From an uncultured Actinomycetota bacterium (lineage in GTDB: Bacteria > Actinomycetota > Actinomycetes > Actinomycetales > Microbacteriaceae): a stretch of DNA of 64,000 nucleotides. A model generated the notes under the pieces. It was given only the letters and a program-made list of their open reading frames with translations. It searched no databases and had not been told where the DNA came from. The translations under genes were made by a program, and so were the position numbers. Location: NCBI GenBank assembly GCA_963772395.1, contig CAVYWV010000002.1:1342845-1406844 (forward strand). The letters run 5' to 3'. Positions 33,805-44,708 of the stretch are shown piece after piece (positions within the stretch are counted from its first letter, which is position 1; every line of letters begins with the position of its first letter).

Positions 33805-34501
33805 TCAGCGCGCGGCGTCCGAGGCGGCGGCATCCGTCACCACGGCGATCGCGACGCCGTCCCAGCCCTTGAGATCGAGCGTCTGCAGCGCAGTCGCGTC
33901 GAATCGGGGATCACGGCCGAGCATCTCGAGGCCGCGCTGGGTGCCGATCACGTGCGAGGCCGTCGTCGCGGGGTTGGCGACCTCTCCCCCGCGCCCGATG
34001 TTGTCGACGACCACGACAGTGCCGGGGTGACCGAGTCGGGCGGCCCAGTCGAGGTAGATCGTGTTCGACTCCTTGTCGGCGTCGATGAAGACGAAATCGA
34101 AGCGGGGCTCGTCCTGGAGCGTCGGCAGAACCTCATCGCCGCGACCGATGCGGATGTCGACCTTCTGCCCGACACCGGCCCGGTCGAGGTTCGCGCGCGC
34201 GATCGCGGCGTTGGCCGGCTCGGCCTCGATCGTGACGACCGTCGCCGTCGTCCGGAATGCCGCGGGCCATCCAGATCGTCGAGTACGCGCCGAGCGTGCC
34301 GATCTCGAGAACGCGGCGCGCGCCCGAGATGCGCACGAGCAGGTGCAGCAGCTTGCCCGAGACCGGCGCGACCTCGATCGCCGGCAGACCGGCGGAGTTC
34401 TGGTCGGCGACAGCGGACTCGAGGTCGGCGTCATGTCCGACGAGCGTCTCGGTGAGGTACGCGTCGACACGGCGCCAGGCATCGGGTGTGGGTTCGGCCA
34501 T
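33805..34501 (-). CDS. SAM-dependent O-methyltransferase (frameshift near 34245)
   Basis: RVLEIGTLGAYST, FDFVFIDADK, VVDN, KGWDG. Confidence 0.9.
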
Positions 34502-34556
34502 GCCGCCAGCCAACCCGGCTCAGGGCCCCGCGTCAACCGTCGCGCCGCTCGACCCT

Positions 34557-34633
34557 GACCGCGAGACAGCATGGGCGCCGCGAGACTGATCGCGTTCGCC
34601 TCTGTCTCGGCGCGAACATGCTGTCTCGCGGTC
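34557..34633. repeat. REP/MITE-like long palindromic intergenic element
   Basis: 17-bp perfect terminal inverted repeat GACCGCGAGACAGCATG / CATGCTGTCTCGCGGTC with an inner imperfect stem. Confidence 0.7.
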
Positions 34634-34641
34634 TGAGGAGA

Positions 34642-35941
34642 TCAGGCGAGGGGCTTGAACTCGAGCGACGTGAAGGTCGCGCCGGGGGCGACCGTCGCGA
34701 AGGACGTGTAGCCGTCGGATGCCGCACGCTCCAGCAGCGCCTTGAGGTTCTTCGGGCGCCGCTCGAGCCGCACGCGCGCCCCGTCGCGCGGCGAGGGCGA
34801 CCTTCAGCGCGAGCAGCTCGCCGAGCGGCATGTCGCGGTCGTGCACGAGCACGACTGCGCCGCTCGCTGTCCGCCGGCAGACTCGGCCACCAGGTCGACG
34901 AGCCGCTCGAACCCGAGCGAGAACCCGACCGCCGGCACGTCCTGCCCGAGGAAGCGCCCGATCATCCCGTCGTAGCGGCCGCCGCCGCCGAGCGAGTAGT
35001 CGACGCTCGGGTGGGCGAGCTCGAAGATCGTGCCGGTGTAGTACCCCATGCCGCGCACCAGGAACGGATCGAACACGAGCGGGACGCCGCTCACCGCGTC
35101 ATCGGATGTTCGCGTGGCCGCGACCGCTTCGCCGATGCCCACCAGGTGCGCGACGACATCGTCGGGCGCCCCGTCGGGCAGCGCCTTGCGGATCTGTCGC
35201 TCGCCGTAGGGGTGGTACTCGAGGGTCTGCGGACGGCTCAGGAACGCCTCGAGTCCGTCGACCGCGGCCGCCGTTGCACCACGCTCGCGCAGCTCCGCGG
35301 TGACTCCGCTCGGTCCGATCTTGTCGAGCTTGTCGATCGTGATCAGCACGCCGGGGCGCTCAACGACCCGTGAACCCGAAGCTCTCCAGCATCCCATCGA
35401 GTGCGCGCCGGTCGTTGATGCGCACCGTCGCCCCCTCCAGCCCCAGCGCGTCGACGGCATCGAGGGATGCGACGATCAGCTCCGCCTCCGCGCGCGAGGA
35501 TGCATCGCCCAGGATGTCGATGTCGCACTGCATGAACTGCCGGTAGCGACCCTTCTGCGGCCGCTCGGCCCGCCACACCGGCGCGATCTGCACCGCGCGG
35601 AAGACCGCGGGCAGCTCGGCGCGGTGGCTCGCGTAGAAGCGGGCCAGCGGAACGGTCAGGTCGTAGCGCAGGCCGAGATCGGCGAGGTCGGCCGGGTTCT
35701 CGGCGGCCGCGCGGATCGCGTCGGCGTCGAGCCCGCGCTTGAGCACGTTGTACGCGAGCTTCTCGTTGTCTCCGCCGATCCCGGCGTGCAGCCGGGCGTG
35801 ATCCTCCATGACGGGCGTCTCGATCTCGTCGAAGCCGTGCGCGCGGTAGCGCTCGCGGATGACGGCGAGGACGCGCTCGCGACGGGCCTTTTCAGCGGGG
35901 AGGAAGTCGCGCATGCCGCGCGGCGGATTGACGGATGCCAC
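34642..35941 (-). CDS. hisS: Histidine--tRNA ligase (frameshifts near 35370, 34860 and 34720)
   Basis: PPRGMRDF, IETP, LRYDLTVPLAR, WRAERPQKGRYRQF.QCD.D, LVRGMGYYTG, GGGRYD, GFSLGFER. Confidence 0.96.
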
Positions 35942-35953
35942 GGGGTAAGTCTG

Positions 35954-36649
35954 TCAGGACTGCTCGGCGGCGCGGATCTGTGCCTCCAGCCCGCGAAGAC
36001 GCTCGCGCAGCGCCCGCTCGGCATCCCACCCGTTGCTGCGAGCAGCGGCGACCAGGGCGAGCAGCGCGTCGCCGAGTTCGGCTTCGGTGCGCGGGTCGCT
36101 GCCGCGAGACAGGGGGTTCGGGCTCAGACCGGGGTCGTCGCCACCCGTCTCGGCCGGAGTCCCCTGCTTCGGCACGGCGACGCGGACCTGAGCCGCCTTG
36201 CCGAGCAGCTTCTGCGCGAGCGCGAGCGACGGCATGCGCTCAGAGACGCCGTCCAGCACGCTCGTGCGCTCGTGCTTCTCGGCGGCCTTCGCGGCGTTCC
36301 AGAGAATGAGCACCTGCTCGGGGGTCTCGGCGACCTCGCCGGCGAAGACGTGCGGATGCCGCCGCACCATCTTCTCGGTGAGCCCCCGAGCCACGTCATC
36401 GATGTCGAACGGGTCGTCCTGGTCGCGGGAGGCGATCTCGGCGTGGAACAGCACCTGCCAGAGCAGGTCGCCGAGCTCTTCGCGCAGCTCGGCGCGCGAC
36501 CCGGTTTCGACCGCCTCGATCAGTTCGGCGCTCTCCTCGACCAGATACGGGACGAGGGCGCGATGATCGATCTGCTGCGTCCACACGCAGCGGTCGCGCA
36601 CTTCGTGCATCGTGTCGGCCGCAGCTCGCAGCGGATCGGTCTCGGTCAT
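35954..36649 (-). CDS. mazG: MazG family nucleoside triphosphate pyrophosphohydrolase
   Basis: CVW, EES.E, EELGDLL.QV.FH, KMVRRHPHVF, ELGD.L. Confidence 0.92.
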   Translation of the reverse strand: MTETDPLRAAADTMHEVRDRCVWTQQIDHRALVPYLVEESAELIEAVETGSRAELREELGDLLWQVLFHAEIASRDQDDPFDIDDVARGLTEKMVRRHPHVFAGEVAETPEQVLILWNAAKAAEKHERTSVLDGVSERMPSLALAQKLLGKAAQVRVAVPKQGTPAETGGDDPGLSPNPLSRGSDPRTEAELGDALLALVAAARSNGWDAERALRERLRGLEAQIRAAEQS

Positions 36650-36897
36650 GCGGGCACCTCCGGGGCCGGGGCGGCAAGTCTGCGGTGGTGACGGGCGCGC
36701 CACGACACCGTCAGCCCCGCCAGGATCAGGGCGATGAACGATCCGGCCAGGACGCCGAGGATCGCCTGGTCGCGTACGAACGCCTCGCCGGCGAACGCGA
36801 GATCGGCCAACAGCAGCGAGACCGTGAAGCCGATCCCGCCGAGCGCGCCGATCAGCAGCAGGATCGCGGGGAACCGCGCCGAGCGCAGCAGCGTCAT
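36646..36897 (-). pseudogene. nhaA: Internally deleted Na+/H+ antiporter NhaA (83-aa remnant)
   Basis: C-terminal NhaA motif LGGIGFTVSLL..LAF...A.LGVL.GS joined directly to an N-terminal MTLLRSARFPAILLL segment; usual nhaA position upstream of mazG. Confidence 0.75.
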
Positions 36898-37079
36898 TTC
36901 TCTCCGTCCGGTCGGCGCGGATCACGTCGGACCTTCACCGCCGACCCGGTGGCAGCGTCGGTCGAGAGACCGAGCCGGGCGAGCGCCCCGGCACACCGGG
37001 GTCCATGCTATCGAGCAGCTCGGTCGCGCCGGTGTCACACGTGACATCCACGAAACACCGCCGCACTACCGTGGAGCGC

Positions 37080-39765
37080 ATGCGCGAGTTCACCCAGACC
37101 GAAGCGATCGACCTCGTGGGACGGTTCGAGGCCGGCCAGGAGATACCCGAGCGGATGCGGGCGGATGTGCGCATGCTCGGGTCGCTGCTGGGCCGCGTGC
37201 TGCGCGAGAGCGGATCCGCAGGGCTCTACGAAGACGTCGAGCGCTTGCGCGTCGCGACGATCCACGCCTATACCGACGACACCCCCGAGGCGTTCGCGCG
37301 TGCCGCCGAGATCGCGGACTCATTCACGATCGATCGCGCCGACGAGGTCGCGCGGGCGTTCACCGCGTACTTCCACCTCGTGAACCTCGCGGAGGAGCAC
37401 CAGCGCGTGCGCATCCTGCGGGAGCGCGACGGCCGCCCCGACCGCGAGGATGCGACCGACTCGGTCGCCGCCGCGTTCGTGCGCCTCGCCGCCGAGGTGG
37501 GCGATGACACCGCGCTCGCCCGGCTGCAGGCGCTGCGCTTCCACCCCGTGTTCACCGCGCACCCCACCGAGGCGCGGCGGCGCGCGATCTCGACGAGCAT
37601 CCGCCGTCTCGCGGCCTTCCTCGAGGAGCACGACGCGTCGCTGCGCAACGGTGTATAACAGCGTGCCGACCAGCGTCGCGCCGAGCGCCGCATGCTCGAG
37701 GAGATCGACACGCTGTGGCGAACTGCTCCCCTGCGCCCCGAGAAGCCGTCGCCCACCGACGAGGTTCGAGCGGTGATGGCGGTGTTCGACGAGACGCTGT
37801 ACACCGCGATCCCGCACGTCTACCGCCGCGTCGACGACGCCCTGCAAGGACCCGCCGCAGGCGGGCGCGCGCCCGTCGTGCGTCCCTTCGTGCGCGTCGG
37901 GTCATGGGTCGGCGGCGACCGCGACGGCAATCCGTTCGTGACGGCATCCGTCACACGCAAGGCCGCCGCGATCGCGAGCGAGCACGTGCTGCTCGGTCTG
38001 GAGCGGACCGCGAACCGCATCGGCCGCGGGCTGACACTCGATGCCTCGACCACCCCGCCGAGCGACGCTCTGCTCGGCCTGTGGCAGCGGTTGAAAGCGG
38101 CCGACGAGGATGCCGCGGCCGAGATCGCGAAGCGCTCGCCGAACGAGCCGCACCGCCGCATCGTGCTGCTGATCGCGCGCAAGATCTCGGCGACGCGGGC
38201 TCGCGACGCCGACCTCGCCTACACCGACCCCGAGGAGCTGCTGACCGACCTGCGCGTGGTGCAGGACTCGCTCGTGCAGGCCCGCGCGCCCCGACAGGCT
38301 TACGGGCACCTGCAGCAGCTGCTGTGGCAGGTCGAGACGTTCGGCTTCCACCTCACCGAGCTCGAGGTGCGACAGCACTCGGCTGTGCACGCGAAGGTGC
38401 TGGCGGAGCTGGATGCCGGCGGCCCGCGCTCTGAGCTCGCCGAGGAGGTGCTCGACGTCTTCCGCGCCGTGGCCTTCCTGCAGAAGCGCTACGGCCCCCG
38501 CGCCGCCGGTCGCTACGTCGTCTCGTTCACACAGTCTGCCCAGGACCTCGCGAACGTGCACCGGCTTGCGCGCTACGCGACGGGGGATGCCGCCGCCCCG
38601 GTGCTGGATGTCGTCCCGCTGTTCGAGACCTTCGCCGACCTCCAGGCCGCGCCGCGCATCCTCGCTGAGATCGTCGAGCACCCGGAGTTCGCCGCGCGGC
38701 TGGAGGCGACCGGTCGCCGGCTGGAGGTCATGCTCGGCTACTCGGACTCGTCGAAGGACGTCGGTCCGGTGGCCGCGAATCTCGCGCTGTACGTCGCGCA
38801 GGCGGCCATCGCCGCGTGGGCGCAGGAGAACCGCATCGAGCTGACCCTCTTCCACGGCCGCGGCGGTGCGCTCGGTCGCGGAGGCGGTCCCGCGAATTCG
38901 GCGATCCTGGCTCAGCCGCCGCACTCGGTCGACGGGCGCTTCAAACTCACCGAACAGGGCGAGGTCATCTTCGCCCGCTACGGCGACCCGGCGATCGCGA
39001 TGCGTCACATCGACCAGGTCGCCGCGGCGGTGCTGATGGCCTCGGCACCGTCGATCGAAGAGCGCAACCGCGACGCCGCGGCACGGTACGCCGACGTCGC
39101 CGCGACGATGGACACCGCATCCCGCGCGCGCTTCTTCGAGCTGGTGAAGGCTCCCGGCTTCGCGCCGTGGTTCGCTCAGGTCACCCCGATGGAGGAGGTC
39201 GGGCTGCTCGCGCTGGGCTCCCGGCCGGCGCGCCGCGGGCTCTCCGTCGAGTCGCTCGAAGACCTGCGGGCGATCCCGTGGGTGTTCGCGTGGACGCAAG
39301 CGCGCATCAACCTCGCGGGCTGGTTCGGTCTCGGCGCGGCCCTGGACGCGGTGGGCGACGAAGACATGCTCCGCAGGGCCTATCGGGAGTGGCCGCTCTT
39401 CCAGACGATGGTCGACAATGTGGCGATGAGCCTCGCGAAGGCCGATCCGCGCATCGCGCGGCACTACCTCGACCTCGGCGACCGCGAAGACCTCGCCGAA
39501 CTCGTGATGGAGGAGATGGAGCTCACCCGCCTCTGGGTCGTGCGGGTCACGGCGGGCGTCGGACGTGCTCGACAACAAACCGGTCCTGCAGCGCGCGGTC
39601 AAGATGCGCAGTCCCTATGTGGACGCCCTCTCGCTGCTGCAGCTGCGCGCGCTGCGCACGCTGCGCGCCGATGCCGCAACGGGATCCGCGGCCGACCCCG
39701 AGCAGCAGCGACTGCTGCTGCTGTCGGTCAGCGGCGTGGCCGCCGGCCTTCAGAACACCGGCTGA
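37080..39765 (+). CDS. ppc: Phosphoenolpyruvate carboxylase (frameshifts near 37655 and 39560)
   Basis: VFTAHPTEARR, SWVGGDRDGNP, VPLFET, VMLGYSDSSKD, FHGRGG..GRGGGP, LRAIPWVFAWTQ, AAGLQNTG. Confidence 0.96.
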
Positions 39766-39783
39766 CGCGCGAGAGCGCGCGGG

Positions 39784-40383
39784 TCAGTCCAGCCTGATGT
39801 CGCGGTCGTGCCGGGCGAGGCTGCGACCGTAGCGCTCGGTCAGCTGCACCATGAGATCCGGGGTGTCGCGGTCGAGCCCGAAAACGTACCCCGGGAAGTC
39901 GAGCTCCTTCTGGGCCGCCCAGATCTCCTCATGGCGCTCGGCGGGCAGGATCTGAGCGGGATCGCCGACGGCGACCCAGCCGATCGGCACGACGGTCTCC
40001 GGCGGAAGCACCGAGCGAAGGTGCACGACCGCGTTGATGCGCACCTCGCTGCGCTCGCCGATCCGTGCGCCGTTGAAGATCCGTGTGCCCGTCGCCAAGA
40101 ACACCTCGTCGCCGATCGTCGCGCCCGAGACGCTCGCCATCGGTCCGACCAGCGTGTGATCGCCGATATGCACCGCGTTGGCGGAACTGGCGCGGATCAG
40201 AGCGTTCTCCATCACGATCACGTTCGTTCCGAGGGTGATCGGGCCGCCCTCGGCCGTGATGACCGCCCCGTGCAGCACTTGGCAGTCGGCGCCGATCACG
40301 ACATCGCCGCTGATGACCGCGGTGGGCGCGACAACGGCGTCGGGATGGATGCGGGGCCGCGCCCCGAGATGTTCGAACTGCAT
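39784..40383 (-). CDS. Gamma-carbonic-anhydrase-like hexapeptide repeat protein
   Basis: Left-handed beta-helix repeats PRIHPDAVVAPTAVISGDVVIG, G.PA; zinc histidines appear absent. Confidence 0.85.
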   Translation of the reverse strand: MQFEHLGARPRIHPDAVVAPTAVISGDVVIGADCQVLHGAVITAEGGPITLGTNVIVMENALIRASSANAVHIGDHTLVGPMASVSGATIGDEVFLATGTRIFNGARIGERSEVRINAVVHLRSVLPPETVVPIGWVAVGDPAQILPAERHEEIWAAQKELDFPGYVFGLDRDTPDLMVQLTERYGRSLARHDRDIRLD

Positions 40384-40396
40384 CCGATAACCCCTC

Positions 40397-40957
40397 TCAG
40401 CGCACCTTGCGGGGCTGCTTCTTGCCGAGCATGTAGGGCATTCCCTGACCTACAGCTGCGAACGTGTTGCCGATCCGAGCGCCCCAGGAGGGCTTGCGCG
40501 GTGGCGGGAGCAGGCCGTCGAGATCCGCGACGTCGACGAAGTATGCGCGCACTTCTCCGATGCCCTCCAGTTCGGAAGTGATCTCATGAACGGGCGTGGG
40601 CAGTGACCCCTCATCGACATGGTAGGGCTCTTCGCAGACCAGGACGTACTCGGGTATCGACACCGAGTTCTTCAGCAGGCGGTGCACGAGGATCACGTCG
40701 ATGCCGACGAGCTTGGTGTGCCCGCGGATGCTCTGGGTGGCCACTTCGCCGACATGCGCGACGAACTTCAGTGGGCCGAGTGCGAGAGCCCCACCGCTCG
40801 TGTATGCGACGATCCCGAGCGCGACGGTGAAGGCCCACTCGGCTGTCCACGCACCGAGGAAGCTGAGCTGAGCCCGACGAAGATTGGGGTTGCGCCAGTT
40901 GCTCGCGAACGCGGCAGCGGCCTCGCCGAGCCGTCCTCGGCTGCCCCCCACGCCCAT
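40397..40957 (-). pseudogene. Chimeric ORF: MFS transporter N-terminus fused to DUF2652-like C-terminus
   Basis: RNPNLRRAQLSFLGAWTAEWAFTVALGIVAY..GGA (MFS TM1) abruptly joined to LKFVAHVGEV...KLVGIDVILVHRLLKN..EYVL. Confidence 0.6.
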
Positions 40958-41026
40958 GCCGCGACTCTATGGCCTGGGCCTGATCATGGCCAGAATCCCC
41001 GGCGGGCGTCGCAGAGCGGAAGGTTC

Positions 41027-44000
41027 TCAGGTCGCCGGTGGCGCCTCGACCGCCGGGGCGGCGGGCGCAGGGAACAGCTGATCGAGAAGCTGCCGCACCC
41101 ACGCGATGAGGTCGGCATCCGAGACGCGTTCGTCCCCGGCACGCGGCAAGGGGATGACGATCGCCTCCCCGCCCGCCAGCACCTTCGCGGAGGGATACAG
41201 CCGCTGCAGCCGCACCCGCATCGAGTCGGCCAGGTTCGCCGGGGCGATCCGCAGGTTGGGTCCCATCGCGACCACATCCGCCAGCCCCGCCTGAGCGGCA
41301 CGGCGGCGCAGGCGGGCGACCGAGAGAAGGCCCTCGGTCTCTGCGGGCAGCTCACCGTAGCGGTCGCGCAGCTCGTCGACGACGAGGTCGATCGCATCGT
41401 CTTTCGCGGTGGCGGATGCCGCAGCCGAGAGCTTCTGGTACGCCTCGAGCCGCAGGCGCTCACTGTCGATGTAGGACTCCGGGATGCGCGCCTGCACAGG
41501 CAGTTCGAGCCGCAGCTCGGTGGGTCCCTCGGTCTCTTCGCCCCGGAAGGTCGCCACGGCCTCGCCGATCATGCGCAGGTAGAGGTCGAAGCCGACACCG
41601 GCGATGTGTCCGGCCTGTTCGGCCCCGAGCAGATTGCCCGCTCCGCGCAGTTCGAGGTCCTTCAGCGCGACCTGCATGCCGCTGCCGAGATCGTTGTTGA
41701 CGGCGATCGTCTCGAGCCGGTCGGCCGCGGTCTCCGAGAGCGGCTTGTTCTCGTCGTACAGGAAGTACGCGTACGCGCGTTCCCGGGCACGGCCGACCCG
41801 GCCGCGCAGCTGATGCAGCTGCGACAGACCGTACTTGTCGGCCCGATCGATGATGATCGTGTTCGCGTTCGCGATGTCCAGGCCCGTCTCGACGATCGTG
41901 GTGGAGACCAGCACATCGGCGCGGCGTTCCCAGAAGTCGTCGACGACCTGCTCGAGCGCGTGCTCCCCCATCTGCCCGTGCGCCACCGCGATGCGCGCTT
42001 CGGGCACGAGCTCGGCCAGGTGCGACGCGACGCGCTGGATGGACTGCACACGGTTGTGCACGTAGAAGATCTGACCCTCGCGGAGCAGCTCGCGCCGGAT
42101 CGCGGCGGCGATCTGCTTGTCGTTGCGGGCGCCGACGTACGTCAGGATCGGATGCCGGTCCTCGGGCGGAGTCTGCAGGGTGGACATCTCGCGAATGCCG
42201 GTCACCGCCATCTCGAGCGTGCGCGGAATGGGGGTCGCGCTCATCGCGAGGATGTCGACGTTCGTCTTGAGCTTCTTCAGCTTGTCTTTGTGCTCGACAC
42301 CGAACCGCTGCTCCTCATCGATGATGAGCAGACCGAGGTCCTTGAAGATGACGCCCTCGGTCAGAATGCGGTGCGTGCCGATGACCATGTCGACGGTGCC
42401 GTCCGTCAGGCCGGCCAGGGTGTCGCGCGCCTGCTTGTCGGTCTGGAACCGCGACAGCGCCCGCACCTGAACGGGGAAGCCCGCGAAACGCTCGGTGAAG
42501 GTTTCAAGGTGCTGCTTGACCAGCAGTGTCGTGGGCACGAGCATCGCAACCTGCTTGCCGTCCTGGATCGCCTTGAACGACGCACGCACCGCAACCTCGG
42601 TCTTGCCGAAGCCGACGTCGCCCGACAGCAGCCGGTCCATCGGGATCGGCTTCTCCATGTCGGCTTTGATCTCATCGATCGTCTGCAGCTGATCGGGCGT
42701 TTCGGCGAACGGGAACGCCTCCTCGAGTTCGCGCTGCCACGGGGTGTCGGGTCCGAATGCGTGACCCTTCGCCGCCATGCGCGCCGAGTAGAGCTTGACG
42801 AGCTCCACCGCGATGTCACGCACCGCCCGCCGGGCGCGGCCCTTCGCCTGCGCCCAGTCGCTGCCGCCCATCTTGGAAAGAGTCGGCGCCTCCCCGCCGA
42901 CGTACTTCGAGAGCAGGTCGAGCTGATCGGTGGGCACGTAGAGCTTGTCGCCGGGGTATCCGCGCTTGGACGGCGCGTACTCCAGCACGAGGTACTCGCG
43001 CACGCTCTTGACCGGATTGCGCCCGCCGCTGGACACTTCGCGCTGGGTGAGCTCGACGAACTTGCCGATGCCGTGGGTGGCGTGCACGACGAAGTCGCCG
43101 GTCTTCAGCTGCAACGGGTCGACGACGTTCCGGCGGCGCGAGGCGAGCTTCTTCACCAGCCGCTGGTCGCCGCCGATCGTGCGTCCGTAGAACTCGGTCT
43201 CGGTGAGCACCGCGAGCTTCGCGTCCGTCGCCTCGAACCCGCGCTCGAGTTCGGACAGCACGACGTGCGCCACACCGGGCTCCGGCGGAACGAGGACTTC
43301 GTCGACCCGTCGAGCCGCGATCCCGCGTTCGGCCATCACGTCGCGGGCGCGCTCGACGAGGCCGGTTCCTGATGCCGCCACCACGACACGCCAGCCCGCG
43401 GCGAGCAGTTCGCCGACGTGCGCGGTGGCACCGTCGACGTTGCCCTGGAACGACGGCACCGAGGAGCCCGGCACGCGAACCGCGGAGCCGGCTGCGACCT
43501 CGAGCAGGCCTTCAGCCGACGCATCGGCTTCGCCGGAGTCGAAAGCGCTGAGCGTCCACCAGGCGATCCCGTGCTGACCGGCCGCTTCGCGAAGCGCAGG
43601 CAGGCTCACGAAGTCGCCCGAGCCGATGTCGACGGGGCTCGCCGCACCGGCGGTCGCCGCGCTCCACGCCGCCTCGAGGAACTCGCGGTTCGTCTCCAGC
43701 AGGGTCACCGCGCGCGTGACGGCCCGCTCGGGGTCGACCAGGGCGATAGCCGATCCCTCCGGCAGGTAGTCGACGACCGTGACGATGTCGTCCACGAGCG
43801 CGGGAATGAGCGACTCCATGCCCTCGGCAGGGATGCCCTCGGCCATCTTCTCCAGCATCCCCCGGATGCCGGGGAACTCGTCCTTCAGCTGACGGGCGCG
43901 ATCGCGCACGGCCTGCGTGAGCAGCAGCTCGCGGCTCGCGGGAAGATCGACCGCCGCGACCTCGCCCGGCAGGGAGCGCTGGTCGGCGACGGAGAAGGCC

Positions 44001-44632
44001 CGGATCTGGTCGACCTCGTCGCCGAAGAACTCGATGCGGAAGGGATGGTCGGCGATGGGCGGGAAGACGTCGAGGATGCCGCCGCGCAACGCGAATTCAC
44101 CGCGGCGCGACACCATGTCGACCCGGTGGTAGGCCAGCTCGACGAGCCGAGCAGAGACCTGGGACAGATCGTGGCCCCGCTCACCGACGGCGAGGTGGAC
44201 CTCCACGGCGTCGGCGAGCCCGGCGGCGAGCGGCTGCAGCGCACCGCGAACGGACGCGGTCACCACGAGGGGAGTCTCCCCCGTCCAGCGGGCGATGCGG
44301 CCGAGCACGTCGAGGCGGTGCCCGACGGTCTCAGGACTGGGACTCAGGCGTTCGTGCGGCAGCGTCTCCCACGCGGGGAAATGCATGACCTCTGCGCCGG
44401 GTATCACCGCTTCGAGCGCAGGACCGAGCGATTCCGCGCGGCGACCGGTAGGCGCGATCACGAACAGCGCACCGGCACGACCGGCGGCGCGGCGGCGCTC
44501 GAGCAGCGAGGCCAGCAGCGGGGCGTCCAGGCCTTCGACGAGCGAGAAGTCCGCATCGACCGTCGCCGAGGCCGCGGCATCCCGGAAAGACTCCGCCTGT
44601 TCGAGGGCGCGCACGATCCCGGGAACTGTCAC
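41027..44632 (-). CDS. mfd: Transcription-repair coupling factor
   Basis: WETLPHERLSP, RGGILDVF, CarD-like VVH..HGIG, GDVGFGKTEVA, DEEQRFG, SATPIPRTL, QLRGRVGR; intact 1201 aa. Confidence 0.98.
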   Translation of the reverse strand: MTVPGIVRALEQAESFRDAAASATVDADFSLVEGLDAPLLASLLERRRAAGRAGALFVIAPTGRRAESLGPALEAVIPGAEVMHFPAWETLPHERLSPSPETVGHRLDVLGRIARWTGETPLVVTASVRGALQPLAAGLADAVEVHLAVGERGHDLSQVSARLVELAYHRVDMVSRRGEFALRGGILDVFPPIADHPFRIEFFGDEVDQIRAFSVADQRSLPGEVAAVDLPASRELLLTQAVRDRARQLKDEFPGIRGMLEKMAEGIPAEGMESLIPALVDDIVTVVDYLPEGSAIALVDPERAVTRAVTLLETNREFLEAAWSAATAGAASPVDIGSGDFVSLPALREAAGQHGIAWWTLSAFDSGEADASAEGLLEVAAGSAVRVPGSSVPSFQGNVDGATAHVGELLAAGWRVVVAASGTGLVERARDVMAERGIAARRVDEVLVPPEPGVAHVVLSELERGFEATDAKLAVLTETEFYGRTIGGDQRLVKKLASRRRNVVDPLQLKTGDFVVHATHGIGKFVELTQREVSSGGRNPVKSVREYLVLEYAPSKRGYPGDKLYVPTDQLDLLSKYVGGEAPTLSKMGGSDWAQAKGRARRAVRDIAVELVKLYSARMAAKGHAFGPDTPWQRELEEAFPFAETPDQLQTIDEIKADMEKPIPMDRLLSGDVGFGKTEVAVRASFKAIQDGKQVAMLVPTTLLVKQHLETFTERFAGFPVQVRALSRFQTDKQARDTLAGLTDGTVDMVIGTHRILTEGVIFKDLGLLIIDEEQRFGVEHKDKLKKLKTNVDILAMSATPIPRTLEMAVTGIREMSTLQTPPEDRHPILTYVGARNDKQIAAAIRRELLREGQIFYVHNRVQSIQRVASHLAELVPEARIAVAHGQMGEHALEQVVDDFWERRADVLVSTTIVETGLDIANANTIIIDRADKYGLSQLHQLRGRVGRARERAYAYFLYDENKPLSETAADRLETIAVNNDLGSGMQVALKDLELRGAGNLLGAEQAGHIAGVGFDLYLRMIGEAVATFRGEETEGPTELRLELPVQARIPESYIDSERLRLEAYQKLSAAASATAKDDAIDLVVDELRDRYGELPAETEGLLSVARLRRRAAQAGLADVVAMGPNLRIAPANLADSMRVRLQRLYPSAKVLAGGEAIVIPLPRAGDERVSDADLIAWVRQLLDQLFPAPAAPAVEAPPAT

Positions 44633-44708
44633 CGGACGAGTCTACGGGCGCGTGCCGACACTCGGCTCGCGGGCCGGCGGAGCGGAGCGTGCTCATAGGA
44701 TGAGTGCC

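Noticed and set aside
40619-43372. 917-aa plus-strand ORF and similar long ORFs (13484-14827, 28341-30008, 37902-39602, 59256-61247)
   Set aside because: Antisense shadows of real genes (mfd, phoH2, ndh, ppc, redox operon), common in high-GC DNA, with no recognisable motifs
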